Shown: piece after piece, positions 12,731 to 27,189 of the stretch | Numbering within the stretch: the first letter of the stretch is position 1 | Layout: each line of letters begins with the position of its first letter | Source of the DNA: Dicyema japonicum | Taxonomy: Eukaryota; Animalia; Dicyemida | Direction of reading: 5' to 3' | Assembly: GCA_011109175.1 (NCBI GenBank) | Contig: RDEW01000013.1 | Location: forward strand, 783,221-847,220 | Length of the DNA: 64,000 nucleotides | The notes under the pieces: generated by a model | The model's database searches: none | Seen by the model: only the letters and a program-made list of their open reading frames with translations | Told to the model about the DNA's origin: nothing | Made by a program: the position numbers and the translations under genes

Positions 12731-14489
12731 GATTAAGCTGAAGAGAGCCAAATTATTCCAAACTATGTTCAGACGTATCGACCCTCCATTGACTTTACAT
12801 ACAGACAAAAAAATGAATTCTGTAATGGATATATCGAGAAGTTATGCTAAAAATTTGGTAGAACAATTAAAGGTCGTCGACGATGAAATCCTGGAATGGG
12901 AGGATGCGAGAAATGATGCATCAGAAATATTTTGCTAAAAGCAGAGAGGACGGAAAAAAGCGTAAATGGAAATACGTTGAAGATGCGTTTAAAACTGGCG
13001 GCATGGTTATATTAAGGTACAACATCTTATAGTTATTATGATCAACTGGATTAGCCATTAGCTTATCATTCCTGTTGTCATGACAGCAATCGTGCGGAAA
13101 GCATATCGAAATATAAATTTTTCGTTGTGGTGAATAATTGTTTTCAGGAAGGTGAGTAACATAGCCAAATTACCTATTTACGAATAATGATTAACGTGAA
13201 ACTTTTAACTACGTAAACGCAGGACACCTGACTTCTCCTACACAAGGAATTACGACCAATCATCAGTGACCATTCATCTAAGGCCCTATTTCCACGGACA
13301 ACTCTGTTAAAAACAACAGTAATGCTCAATGGAGTGCTCAAGTGATGACTCTGTCAAAGTCAGATATATGAGAATGGCTTGGGGAGGATAGCCGCTAATT
13401 ATGAAGGACTTCAATGTCCGTTTCGGCTACAAATTCTGTAGGCAATATAAAAACACAGTCAATAATACTCAAGAAGAGTACATCTGGAAGTTATCAACAA
13501 AAATCGAGCAGAAAGCAATTAACGTAGAAATTACAAATTTTGGAAAATGCAATTTTTAGAATTCGAATCTCCGAATTGAGATCGTCTATCCCACAAAATT
13601 AAAAAGACCTAGAAAAATCCTTACCAATCCTTGAAAAAAATGAAATTTTAATTGTAATAGAGAATAAATAGAGGAGTATCTACCTATATCAACAACAAGC
13701 CCCCAATTAACATGAACAATATTGCCGACATACGCCTACAATGCTTCCTTCACAACTCCTGTTCACATGAATAGTGACTGGCTACAGTCTATGAACTACA
13801 AAGTAATCATACTTAAAACACGTGACAAGACCAAGTTACTAATCGGGCATCTGAAATAATACGAGAAATTCTGCGCGATTTAAAAATTCCAGGAGAGGTA
13901 AAATCGAAAAATTAGCAACTTCAATCACTGAGGAAATTTAATAAAAGACAAAAAATTCAAAAATCAAAAAAAAATTCATAAAAAACGACATGTGTTAAAA
14001 CCTACACGTTTCTATAGAAATTTAATAGAAGAGTATGGCAATCCTGTTTTTCGATTTCTACTTTTTTAAGGAAATAGAAAAAAACACATTTACTATAAAT
14101 AAAAGTGTAACTAAATGAGAGGGAACTAGGATAAAAGATTTCAGGAGATCAAAAATCCAGGAAAAATACATAAAACTAGGAGAAACATTTTGAGAAAGAT
14201 AACTCCGAACTTTTTGGTTTATAAATTGTTTTTTCGGGTGGAAAGTTATGGATATTTCTAAAAAATAAGGAGTTTGAAAGCAATTCAGCAGGAGACGAAA
14301 TTACACGGAGTACAAAACTTCATTAATAATTATGGCGATTTTTGTCAATAGAGTCAAAAATTGATATGTTTTTTAAAATTGTTTAAAAATTATAAAAATG
14401 TAGTTTTTAATCAGAAATATTATGTTAATCAAAAGTTATAAAGTCAAAATTATTGGATAATGTCAAAAAAGGTCAATATTTAAGGACAG

Positions 14490-16330
14490 TCAGGACGATT
14501 CCGATCAGGATCCCAAGACCCGTCCGGATCATGCGGTTACATGACTGGCCTCTGCAATTGACGATGCGCTCACTTCCGACGACTAAAAAGCCTGGCTAAA
14601 ACTCCAAAGTTAAGCCCCACTTGGAATTCTATTTATTGACTCAATAGAAGATCAACGGAACACAGGAAAAAGTACGACACTTGGGAACTCCCTTTCCTCA
14701 AAAATGAAGAACATCAGGTTTTCCACATGTATTCTCTCACCAAAACGGAAGTCCTAAAACCAAAACATCTTGATGCCACTCCTACGGTTTCTTCGAATGA
14801 CCCATACAAACTTGGAGAGAGAGTAAATCGTTAACTATTTGAAGGCGACGTCCGAGCGGCGTTGCTCGTCATTGCCACGACCCCTGAGGTACTTGAACTA
14901 CTGAGACGAAAACATCCATGTCCCCCGGCAGACTACCGCCCATTCGTGCTTCCGGAAAATGTGCCAAGGACGGCCGTCATCGAAGGCGAAGTGCGACGTG
15001 GCATTTTGTCGTTTGTGGCGAGTAGCAGTAAGGTCTCGATGGCTTGCGGCAGGTCACATCAAGGATCTTACGGCAGGGGATGCTGCAGAAGCTGGCTGCA
15101 ACCTTGTCAAATCAATTATAAAACTGGTTATGCGTATTTTGAACGGACATATTCTTCCTTACGCAAGGGAGCTTCTATTCAGTGCACATCTACGGCCTTC
15201 GGGGTCCGCCACATCGCGATCGGCAACTGTTTCAGAAGACTGACAGCGAAAATCGCATGTCTATCCGAGAATATCTGAAAAATTTTCCCCCTCCAACTGG
15301 GGGTCGGTGTAAGGAACGAATGCGAGGCGCCAGTGCATGATGCGAGGTGTTTTTTTGGAAAGAAAAACGATCAAATCCACACATTGGGGTCAAGCTAGAC
15401 ATCTGCAACGCCGAAAAAGAACTGCGGAGCCATCTACTAACAAAGGAAGATGAACTCTCTAGAGTTACGAAGAAACTCTCCTTACTCGATGCTCATACAG
15501 CGTTTTTCCTTTTGAAGAATAGAATCGGCAACTCTTATGCTCTCTCCGTTATTCTTTGAGAAGCTCGTCGCTAATGGTGTGAAACTGGTTTGGATACGCC
15601 GAACGATCCTTCGCGGCAACGAGAATGAGATGAGATCTACTCCAAGAATATCTTCGACGTGCTAAAGTCTGAAACCAATCAGCATCATCTTGCACGCCTC
15701 GTGTCCGCCCCCAACCATGAAAGCAGAGCATGGCTAAATCCAGTCCTTTGTTACTCTCATGGAGACCCTTTTGGACGATAATTGTTTCGGATTGGGATCG
15801 CACAGCGCCCGGGAGTTGATGTATGTTTCGAACAACAAATGTCGTTATGGAGGGATCGTCGATGTCAAAGGGCTGCATCCGCTATCATGCAAAAGGAGTG
15901 CGGGCAGTGCACCCCATCACGCTGCTGAACAACATTGTGATTTGTGCTCTTAAAGCTGCAGGCTTCCCGGCAGTATTGAAGGTAGCAGGAATAGACCGCG
16001 GAGACGGGAAGAGTGGGTTAACAATCTTTCCGTTCACTGAGGAAAAATCGGCGCAGTCTGCTGGATCGGGACCCGATCAGGCCGAGAAAATTAAGATTAA
16101 AAAATATGGCGAAATTGGAATTAACTTTTGTTTTGTACAGGTTGCAATCGAGACGTCAGGAGCTGCGGGAAGTATCACAGCCTCTTTCCTGAAAGAAATC
16201 GGGGGGAAATTGGCCCATCGTAAGAAAGACGCCCGGGAAACGGTCTGGCTAAAGCAACGAATTAGGATTGCAGTTGTCCGCAGAAAAGCTTACCTCGTAG
16301 TTTCAGCAGCCGGCCCTCCGAATAAATAAT
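14490..16330 (+). mobile_element. Long degraded CRE-like non-LTR retrotransposon (RT plus RLE), internally deleted
   Basis: LRRKHP, VRHIAIGNCFRRLTAK, QLGVGV, VKLD..NA, HPLSCKRSAG, DRGDGK, VAIETSG, WLKQRIRIAVVR. Many frameshifts. Confidence 0.85.
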
Positions 16331-19300
16331 ATTTTATAGTCAAATGAAACGTGTTTTTTAAATCAATAAAGTCAATAATTTTATTGATTTTTAATTTTCG
16401 AGTTTTTGAATTAAACAATAGCGTTGGAACAATTATCATCGTCGACGCAGTTAGGACGGCAACTAACAAAGTTATATCTTGACCATAATAGAATGATTTA
16501 TGTGGAACATTAGAATATGCAAAGAAATTTTCTCGTCTCATCTGCCGAACATGGGTCGATAAATGCTTTTGTCGAATGCTATATCTGTTTAAGAGTTGAA
16601 CAGTAAAAGCACACGAGACTTGTTTGAGAGTATTGGTATATCCTGAATCACTTCAAACAAAAAATATTCACTCAGACCTTGGCGTTTCTGAAGGTTTTGT
16701 TGGTAACCACCCTTAGTAATTCAAAAATAAGTCTTGCCCTCCAATCAAATTAATCATCATCCGCTCCGTCTGCACATAGTCTAGCTCTGAACAGAGCTAT
16801 AAATAGACTTTAGACAAAACTAAAGGAAATGGAAAACAGAATTGTTGTAAACGTCCGGTGATTTCTACTTGTCTTCTGACTTGATTAACGTAGAATATGT
16901 CATTGATGTTCATAATAATTCTCTGAAAAACTCCAAAATATGAAATTAAATTGGTAAAAATACAATAAATTTGACAATTAGATAATTTCTTCATGATTAA
17001 AAGCTACACAATGAATTGATTAGTCAAGGATTTATTTGATAAAACTTTGATCAATCTTGCACGTTCAATAATGAAGAAATAACAATGTGAATAAATAAAT
17101 ATACACGACCACAAGAGGCAATGAGAACGTGTTTATTAAAATTTATTCTGCTGAGGTTAGCCATATAAAAATATAAATTTTAGCTAATATAATTAAATAA
17201 CTTATTTTTATTTGACTTCTTTTAACTTTATATTCATCGTGTTATTGGTTAAAAGTTTATTTATGGTCCAAGGTTTTTCCTCAGTTTAGCTACTTAATAA
17301 AAGATTTCCTGTCTTTTTTATCTTTTCTTTTATCTTTTCTCGTTCCACAAGACTACCGTCATGTTATTCATTTTCGTCAGTGTATATTAACAGTATTTGT
17401 AGAATTTGGTATATCTTCAAAGTCATACATGTCTTAGACGATTTGAATGTATAATTGAACAAGCTTATTATAGTTTATGTAAGTTTTAGAATCAAATAAG
17501 TAGTGTTTACTGTTGGTTGAGTTATTATTGCTTACCTAACAGTTTCGGTACTTTAGAACCTATAACGATAACTAACCAAAGATTTGTTTATTGTCTTTCG
17601 ATTTTTAGTATTGATTTTTAAACGATAGAACTGAAAAGATTCTATTAAGATGTAAAATAAGGTAGTCGGCCTATCCGATATGATGACGTCATTTTTAGCT
17701 ATAATGTCCTCATATATCTAAATTGAGAATACTCCACCCCGCATCAAAATATCCACGATGGGGTATCAACGAACGCGATTTGAACCCTTGGATTAACAGG
17801 TTTCTGAATAGTTCTTCACCGAACATCCATGCTAGTGAAAATTCGGATGAAATAGCGCGCCTTTGCATGGTAATAAATGGGTCTCTGTGATGAATGTGAT
17901 CGTACTAAGATCTGTGATGAATGTGATCATGCTTATATAAGACCTGGCAGGCAGTCATCACTTTCCCCTCTATGACCGCCTATTGACCGCTGGACAAATC
18001 AATTGGTTAACTGATCCGAATGTTGAGGTGGTGAATTAATTATGGTCTACTGTATCATAGTAATACTACACTAAATGGCTTCATTTAAAGGTGAGTTCGA
18101 CTTCTACTCACTTTTAACAGAACCGGGAGACATCAGAAAACAGGATTTCGAAATACTTAATGGTATTGTTGGGGGGTTTTATTGATACTGTTAATTGAAC
18201 CCTAACGGTTATTAACTTTAGAATTCGTCCAAACCGTTCATAAAACACGGAGTAATACCTGGTGACTAGTGATAACGGAAAACCGACAGTTTGTGCATTA
18301 AAAGAAGAGGTGGAGTTATCCATAGGGGAATTCGACCGCCGTGATGGAGGAGTAATCCTAACCACATTAAGAGCGTCTATGAAGGAAGAGGAATAAACCT
18401 TCCTTGCGTTATTCACCTTTTTTTGAAAGGATGGTAAACGAGATACTAAAGTCATTTAGGAGAGAACACTTTTTAGAAAAAATCTGCACACCTCCCATGT
18501 AGCTAATATGGGTATTTGTCGGAAATTACTTCCACTGATTATGTCCTAAAATTACTCCAAGACATGTCTGCACCAAGAGTTGTCCCCATCAAATGGATGT
18601 CGGTGATATGAATTATTGTTAAACAGCTGCCCATGTGACTAGATGATTTTCACTTTGAAGACATCACCCAGGAAACAGACGCTGTCAAACGTCTTCAACA
18701 GTGTTAGACACTACTGCCTTCTAGAGACATGTGCGAGTCGAAGTCATTTATAGATAAGGGGGAGGATGTGGGAATTTATATTCTTAGAGAGAGTACATAA
18801 CGACAAATCCGTTAAGTGGACTCCTGATATGGGTATCGAGATAGAGAATGATCATATCGTCCAGGGTGGATAAAATAACTCTACAAAAATTTTTCATTCA
18901 TATTCCTTGCTTAATCTTGACAGACTAGGAACGTATGAGGTCGACCACGACCATTTTTGAGGAATGTAGATATAAACAGATATAAATATAACCGAAAATG
19001 TTAACCCCCTTTATGACCAACAGGGGTGACATCAAAAACTGTCTCTTCCCACAATCAAAAGTCATATACCCATCACATGGTCCTTACGAACTAGGCAATA
19101 CCTGGGAAACGAGAGATGAGGTGAGTCAAAAAGTTCATGAATGAAACCAATGTTCACGTTTAGGCTTACCATAAGGGAACACAGTAACATAATTCGTTGC
19201 CAATCACACAAGTGAAGAGAAAAAAGTAAAATCCGTGAATCAAAAAGCCACATCATCTAGGTAGTAGGAGGGTTAGGAAGATGAACTGTTCTTTCATGAA

Positions 19301-19628
19301 ACTGAACCCTATCGCAACTGATTAAGAGTTTGGTGAACGACATATTGCTTCCAAAGGTATAGATTCGAAGTTGAAGCCGATGACTCCTTTGATAACATCC
19401 TGGATTTTGGATAACTTTTTTAAGAAGACCATGAATAGGTCATTGAACACAATACACTTGCATAAAGTCATGGAGGATTCCGTTGAGGAAACTTCAAGCC
19501 GTAGTCTACAGAATCCTGGAATCAGAGTCTAGCATCTTTTTTATAGGTTTGGAGAGACGTAATAAAATTAATATATTAAATTAACAATAATAATTTTAGT
19601 AATAAAAAATAAAAAATTTTGAATTTTG

Positions 19629-22600
19629 ATGGATGTGGATTATTTTGCTTCTGGTTGATTTATTTATTTTTATTTTAAGGAGTCGATTTTGCGGATAATA
19701 GGGAAGATTATGATGAAATAACATCAGAAATTTGGCAGGAAGCTTGCTGGATTGTTATTAGCGCCTATTTCGAAGAGAAAGGGCTTGTTCGCCAGCAGCT
19801 CGACTCCTTTGATGAATTCATCCAAATGTCCGTTCAGCGAATCGTTGAGGAAACCCCACCAATCGAACTAAAAGCAGAATCAAAGCATAATCCCGACCAG
19901 GATGAGACACAAGTACTAATAGTGAATAACTAAGATTAAATACATTATAAAATTCGGCCAAATTTACCTTTCACGGCCAACACATTGGGAAAAGGAGGGA
20001 AATGCTGTCCAAATGTTGCCAAACGAGGCCCGACTGCGTAATCTGACCTATTCAGCCCCCATCTACGTGGACATCATCAAAACGTGCTTTCAGGACGACG
20101 TGGAGATAAGCAGTAGCACCCACACAAAAGTCTTCATCGGCCGTGTCCCTATAATGTTACGAAGTGCTTATTGTCTGCTTAACAACCTCTCTGCACGTGA
20201 TTTGATTGAGCTGAAGGAGTGTCCCCTGGACCCTGGGGGCTATTTCATTGTGAATGGTTCGAGAAGGTGATCATAGCCCAGGAAAAGATGGCTTCCAATA
20301 ACGGTGAGAGTCTTTTTTACTAAAGTTTACGTTTTCCACAGAAGGATTCAAAGTACAGCTACAAGGCTGAGGTGCGGTGTGCTATGGAGAACTCAAGTCG
20401 ACCTACGTCAACTCTGTGGGTTAATATGCTGGCACGTGGCGGACAGGGGACCAAGAAGAGTGTCATTGGACAGAGGATCGTCGCTACATTGCCCTACATT
20501 AAGCAGGAGATCCCAATATGGTGGTTTCCGTGCTCTAGGATTTGTCTCTGATCGTGACATCCTCGAACACATCATCTACGATTTTGATGATCCCGAAATG
20601 ATGGAGATGGTAATTCTGTTATTTACCACAGCTCAAACCATCTTTGGACGAAGCATTTGTTATCCAACATCAAAGTGTAGCTCTCAACTTTATTGGACAC
20701 GTGGGGCCCATCCAGGGGTCACTAAGGAGAAGAGGATCAAATACGCACGTGAGATATTACAGAAGGAAGTGCTTCCACACGCGGGGATCTCTGATTTTTG
20801 TGAAACAAAAAAGGCTTACTTTTTGGGGTTTTCATGATTCCGTAATTTTAGATATATTGTCCACAGACTGTTGATGTGTGCCTGGGGAGACGATTGTGTG
20901 ATGACAGGGACCACATGGCTACAAAGACTAGACATGGCCGGTCCCCTCCTGGCTTTTCTATTTCGCGATTATTCCGTAATCTTGTCAAGGAAGTGAGAAT
21001 GTACGCCCAGAAGATCATTGACGGTGGAAAGGACTTTAACGTTGAATTGTCTGTCAGAACACGTGTCATCACTGACGGATTGCGCTATTCTCTGGCCACA
21101 GGCAATTGGGGGGATCAGAAGAAGGCCCACATGTCTAGAGCTGGAGTATCACAGGTCACGTGTCATATGTAATATCCTCAGGTTCTGAACAGACTGACAT
21201 ACGTTTCGACTCTCTCCCATTTACGAAGACTGAACTCTCCTATTGGGAGAGATGGCAAACTGGCCGACCACGACAACTCCATAACACGCAGTGGGGATAT
21301 CTCTGTCCAGCGGAGACTCCAGAGGGACCGCCGTTGGATTGGTGAAGAACCTGGCTTTAATGGCTTACATTTCTGTGGATCTCAGCCGTATCCCATTTTG
21401 GAGTTCCTGGAGGAATGGGGAATGGAGAACTTGGAGGAAGTTTCCTCACCAACTATTGTGGGAAGGTTGATAATGTTATTTAGGCAGTACCACTAAAATA
21501 TTTGTGAATGGATGCTGGGTAGGTATTCACCGTGATCCTGAACAGTTAATGGTGATTTTGCGGAAACTTAGGAGACAGACAGGAGACGTGGTTGTTTCTG
21601 AGGTAGAAGTTGTCTAATTCCAGGTTTCCATACTACGGGACATTGAGGATCGGGAGATCAAGATCTTTTGTGACGCTGGGAGAGCCTGTCGTCCTCTCTT
21701 GATTGTAGAGAACCAAAAACTGTTGTTGAAAATGCGTCACGTGGAAGGACTGAAACGTCAGTATGATCCCATCGGGTAGTTATATAATGTGACTTAGATG
21801 GCGGGATTTGGTCTCCGAGGGCGTGGTGGAGTACATAGACTCGATTGAGGAACAGATGACAATGATAGCCATGCATCCGATGATCTCTCTGAAGTAAGTT
21901 CTTACTGTTCGACCTACACTCACTGTGAGGTCCACCCGTCCATGATATTGGGAGTCTGTGCTTCATTGATCCCCTTCCCTGACCACAATCAATCTCCACG
22001 AAACACCTATCAGGCTGCCATGGGGAAACAGGCCATGGGGGTCTATGTCACCAACTTTCATGTTCGAATGGACTCACTGTCCTTCTGTCTATACTACCCA
22101 CAAAAACCGCTTACTACGACAAGGGCCATGGAATTCCTTAAATTCCGTGAACTCCCATCTGGTAAGCTTTTGGTTTACGTTAGGGATCAACACAATCGTG
22201 GCTATAGCCGCATATACTGGATATAATCAAGAGGACTCCATTATTATGAACCAATCAGCCGTGGATAGAGACTCTTTAGGTATTATCATGCTTTTTTACT
22301 TCAGAGCTGTGTTTTACCGTTGTTACAGAGATCAAGAGACTAAGAGACCTCCGTATGAGGAGGACTTTTTCGAAAAGCCCAACAGGAAGGAAGTGGTTGG
22401 GATGAGACATGCCTTGTATGATAAACTTGACGAGGATGGAGTCATTGCTCCCGGACACGTGTCTCTGGTGATGACGTCATCATTGGGAAGACCTGTCTCT
22501 CAATGAGAGTGAGGACGAGAAGGAAGGGGAAGTAAAAAAGTACACAAAGAGGGATGTGTCTACGTTTTTAAGGAAAACTGAGAATGGGATCGTTGACCAG

Positions 22601-23511
22601 GTAATACTGTACTTAGTTAGGTGATGATGACTGTGAGTCAGGAGGGCTACAAGTTCTGCAAAGTGAGGGTGAGACCTGCAAGATCCCGCAGATTGGTGAC
22701 AAGTTTGCTTCCCGTCACGGCAGAAAGGGACATGCGGAATTCTTTACCGACAGGAGGTTTTTGTGATTCCCGATTAAAGGATCTTCCATTTACTGGGGAG
22801 GAATAACTCCGGACCTGATAATAAATCCTCACGCTATTCCCAGTCGTATGACCATTGGACACCTGATTGAATGTCTTTTGGGCAAGTTGTCTGCATGCAA
22901 GGGTGAGATTGGGGATGCCACTCCTTTCAACGACACAATCAACGTGCAGAAGATATCAAACATGTTGAAGGACTATGGGTACCATTTGCGTGGGAATGAG
23001 GTATTGGTTTTGTTGAGGGTAGGTTATGTACTGTGGGTTTACTGGGAGGAAGATTAACACTCAGATTTTCATAGGTCCCACATATTATCAGAGGTTGAAA
23101 CACATGGTGGATGATAAAATTCATGCCAGAGCACGTGGTCCTGTTCAAATATTGACGAGACAACCACTGGAGGGGCGATCACGGTGATTGGTTGTGATTA
23201 TGTAAGTGACGGTGGTCTCCGGTTTGGAGAGATGGAGAGGGACTGTCAGATCTCCCATGGAGCCTCCCAGTTTTTGCGTGAACGACTGTTTGAAGTGTCT
23301 GATCCCTACTATGTGGTTGTGTGTAACCACTGTGGGTTCATTGCCATATTCTCAAAGTCAAAGAAGTCATTGGAGTGCAAGGCCTGCAAGAATAAGACAC
23401 AGGTTGTGTGATTTGTTATGTTAGATGTCCCTTGTTGGGATTCCATATGCCTGTAAGTTGTTGTTTCAGGAGTTGATGTCAATGTCTATTGCCCCGAGGA
23501 TGTTTGTATAA
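19629..23511 (+). CDS. RPB2: RNA polymerase II second-largest subunit, multi-exon, with many apparent single-base consensus deletions
   Basis: Spliced reading gives [141 protein letters not shown]. About 16 introns of 20-27 nt, e.g. 19654-19679 and 19913-19934. Confidence 0.98.
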
Positions 23512-23786
23512 TTATCGATTTTCTTTTAATGTGATTTTCTTGTGTATATCCTTAATGTTTATATTATATCTGCTATAAGTGTAGCTGTAAATTGTCAGTT
23601 GCCTTTATAACAATGTGACTGGTGATCATTGTTGGAACTTTTTCAACCATCACTATGACTTTTATACAGATTTGTTAATTTTACTTTTATTTGTATATTG
23701 GTGAGCTGAAATCATATCATACATAGGTCATTAAAAATCGCACATCTAAATAATGAAAACATTGATAAATAAATGAATCAAGTCGA

Positions 23787-24035
23787 TTGTTTTTACCGCA
23801 TGTTTATAATGCTTCACTCTTTAAGTTAAAAGGATATTATCGACTGAAGAAACTATCTACTCAACACATGAATAATATATCGTTTGGAGTTGTAAATGCA
23901 AATAATAATATTAAATCATTGCTTAGTCGTTTAGGAATCAATACTCCAGGGACGATGGCCTTATTTAATAAAGGGAAAAAAGTAAAAGAATATTATGGTG
24001 GACTTTATGTCAAGAAAAGGGTTACGAGATTTTAA
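23787..24035 (+). pseudogene. Possible thioredoxin-like domain fragment
   Basis: ISFGVVNAN...LSRLGINTPGTMALFNKGKKVKEYYG resembles the C-terminal half of a thioredoxin fold. No complete gene could be reconstructed. Confidence 0.25.
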
Positions 24036-24189
24036 AAACATGAAATCTTCCCTTGAAAACATAACAGGCAGTGTTTAGTTGGATAGATTCAACTATTAGG
24101 TTTTGGAGTTGGGTTACTGGTTTTTTGGTATTAAATTGGAGATTTAATTTCTTGCAAAAATGTGTCGATATAATTTTTTTAAGTCATAT

Positions 24190-25000
24190 TAAACGGAGAC
24201 TATCTTGTGATCACTGTCGATAGTTGCCCCTCTTTTAGACCTCGAGGCAAGTAGGAGTGATTTTTTTAACTCGATAATGTAATCAATATGGTTGCAAATG
24301 TTTGCGGGGTGTTGGAATCCATCATTACATAGGAACAGATTAAATGGTCGGTAAAATTCTGCCAAGATAGTTCCCAGAATTTTTCCGATTCCTCTTCTGT
24401 GCTGGCCTTTCATTTCCTTTACGAGTTTCCACTTTCGCATTTTTGTCCCGTCAATGAACAATAAGTATGAAATGAGGTCTGTTAATGTCCTTCCCAATTT
24501 CTTATAGAACAGGTCGAGTTCTCCCCGATTTTTTAGAATACGTCAACTGTGTGGTGCGTAAAAAGTGGTAATTGAGATTAGCCTCCTTGAGTTTTGCTTG
24601 ATCTTGTTCGTAATTGTAAGACACTGATTCTGTCATCGAGTAACCATCCAATAACGATATACTCCGGGAATATAGTCCTTGTGTATTACAACACCTTGTC
24701 CACAGTGCCTCGATTCCGAGGAAGCAGCATTAGCATCGAGTCCTTTTTTTTAGTCTAATGCAGGGAGCATACAGAACCCCGGTATTCGTTCACTAATTTT
24801 GAGAATTCTTATGGATTTTCCGTCCAGATCGTCTGGATCCATCAATCTGCTCCAGATCACGGCATAATCCTCCGCAAGTTTCCTGTGGATACGACCTCTT
24901 GAACGTCCTTTGAATGTAAAAAATTCAGTATGGTGAAAAATTCTTCAATCGTTTGTACTTCTGACATATTGCAATAATCAAGCGAAGATCCAGACGACAT
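24190..25000 (-). mobile_element. Degraded LINE APE-endonuclease region (probably RTE-like)
   Basis: HIDYII...SDHKIV is the end of the endonuclease domain. Many stops. Confidence 0.55.
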
Positions 25001-25599
25001 CAGCCGTGGATCTTCCAACCACTCTATACGAAATCAAGAGGCGAACAAGACGACGAAAAGGATAGAGAAGTCTAATGGAAAAAATAGTCGAAAACATGGC
25101 ACAAGCAAACCATAAACACTGTTTACTGGCAACTAACTAACTTATAGATTTTTGGATAAATTCAAAAAAAAAGATTTAGAAAGCGCAAATTAAATACAGA
25201 AATGCGTACAGAAAAGACATGGGATATTAATGAATTTCTGAAAAATTCGTGTTGTGTAAAAGTACCTACGTCACTAAGCTGAAATAGTTTTAAAACTAAG
25301 ATATCAAAAATATCTTTTAAAAAGCATTGAAATGACTACAATGTAATGCTCATTACTCAATAAGAAGATTCGAAGGACATAAAAGTAAAAAAGAGGCAAT
25401 TGAGAAATTAATATTACTTTAGATAACCCACATTAATTCGATTTTTTGAGTCAGCAATATTTTACAAAGATTCCTTACTAACATGCTTCAATAAACAGAA
25501 ACTTCATTATCCGTAATCCGAAAGACATTTATTTAAAATTTCGGATTAATTAATTTTGTTTTTATTTTAAATTCAAATTAATTTAAATTTAAATTTAAA

Positions 25600-26940
25600 A
25601 TCTAACAGTACCACATGGTTAAAAAGAGGACCGAAATTTATATGCACAGAAAAGATTTGTGAAATAAAAAATACATCAAAAATGACTCTCAGAGAATTAT
25701 CTCATATCTGTGGAATTAAAATGATCCTTTATTTGGGAATCTTGACACTTTCAGAAATTCTATAAAATCGTGAAAATTGGAAGACTTTGAAACTATGATT
25801 ACAAGTCAACACAGCCTGGTGGTGAATGTCGCATGCCACAACGGTTATAGTGATTTTGTATTAATAATAAAGATCACTGACCTTGTTAAACAGATTCGGA
25901 TCTGTCACGACGAAGAAAATGATAGAAGAGAAAGGAGTTGGCTATTTGATTCACTCTCTCAAATCGTCTGGGGAAATGCGTCCTCGACTATTATAGCAGT
26001 CAGTATTATTTTTTGTCTTTAATTGGCTCGGTAAAATAGAAAAGAGATAAATTACTGTAATTTTTATTTTAGCTAAACCGTAATGACACGTGACAATAAA
26101 CATAATCAACTTGATAATTCACTTGTTGAATAGATTTCAAGGATGGATGCAATCACGGTTTTATTAATGAAGATCACTAAAAACCTTAAGTATTTGGTGA
26201 AAAGCTCGGAATCAGTGACCTTGCATTTAGTAAAGGGGGCTACAAAGATTTAAAGAAAGATTTAAGTTTAACGAAAAGTTCTTCATGGAGAAGCTACTAG
26301 CTTAACAAGATGAAATTAATTTGAATTGACGAGTAGGATTAAGTTAAAAGAGGTTGACCCTGACGTATTTCTAAAGACGGGTGAAACTGGACTCTTCTCG
26401 GTCTTTTTTTTGTTTCTTCCAAAAAACACAACTGCTCATCCTCAACCAATGGATGCAAGCATAATCAAGAACTTTAAGCATTTTTATAGAAAAAGGCTTA
26501 TTTTTGGATTATATGCCCTAGATTTGGAAAAAGAATTTTTGTGAATTTACGGAAGGCCATCATTATGGTATCTCACGCATGGAATGAAGTAGAAGACACA
26601 ATAAAAATTGTTCATAAAGACAGGACAACTAAATGTCTTGATTCATTTGCTAGTGAAGATATCATGCAAGATCCTGTTTTGGAGGTGCACTTGAAAGAAC
26701 TGGAAGACTTGCTAATGAGGATGAAATAACTCAAACAGAAATGCTCGACGAAGAAGTTAGTGATACTGAAAATGAAGGGACCGATGGAGAGTTTAAATGC
26801 AATCAACATTATAGAAGAAAGTAAAAAATTCAATGAATTTTCAAAAATAATAATGAATCTGGGACATAGAAAAAATTAATTACAAGAGGAGCTAAAAGTG
26901 TTAATTCAAAGGAATAGAAAACGATTTATGACTAAGTAAA
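25600..26940 (+). mobile_element. Degraded pogo/Tigger transposase, interrupted by a CRE-like 3' fragment (about 25880-26010)
   Basis: GETGLF, FLPKNTTAHPQPMDASIIKNFKHFYRK, AIIMVSHAWNEV (DDE_1-type). Confidence 0.75.
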
Positions 26941-27189
26941 ACATAATTTTTTACTAAATTTTTTATTACATTTTTTATTCTGAAATATGAAACATAAACA
27001 TTAACAACAGTAAAATTATTATATTTATTCCCTTCACAATCCGAAAGGCACACAATTTTTTGTACGGATTAATGAGGGTGTACCTTAATTTAAATTTTAA
27101 CAGTTGTCTTAAAAAGAATTCAACATACATAGCACGCTACTCGTTGTGGTCGTTGTGGAAAAGAAAAAAACCAACACAAAGAGAGTATC

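Noticed and set aside
19629-23511. RPB2 as a pseudogene or a programmed-frameshift gene
   Set aside because: The protein is highly conserved and the lesions are deletion-only and homopolymer-biased, with no shared slippery motif. Consensus error is the simpler explanation.
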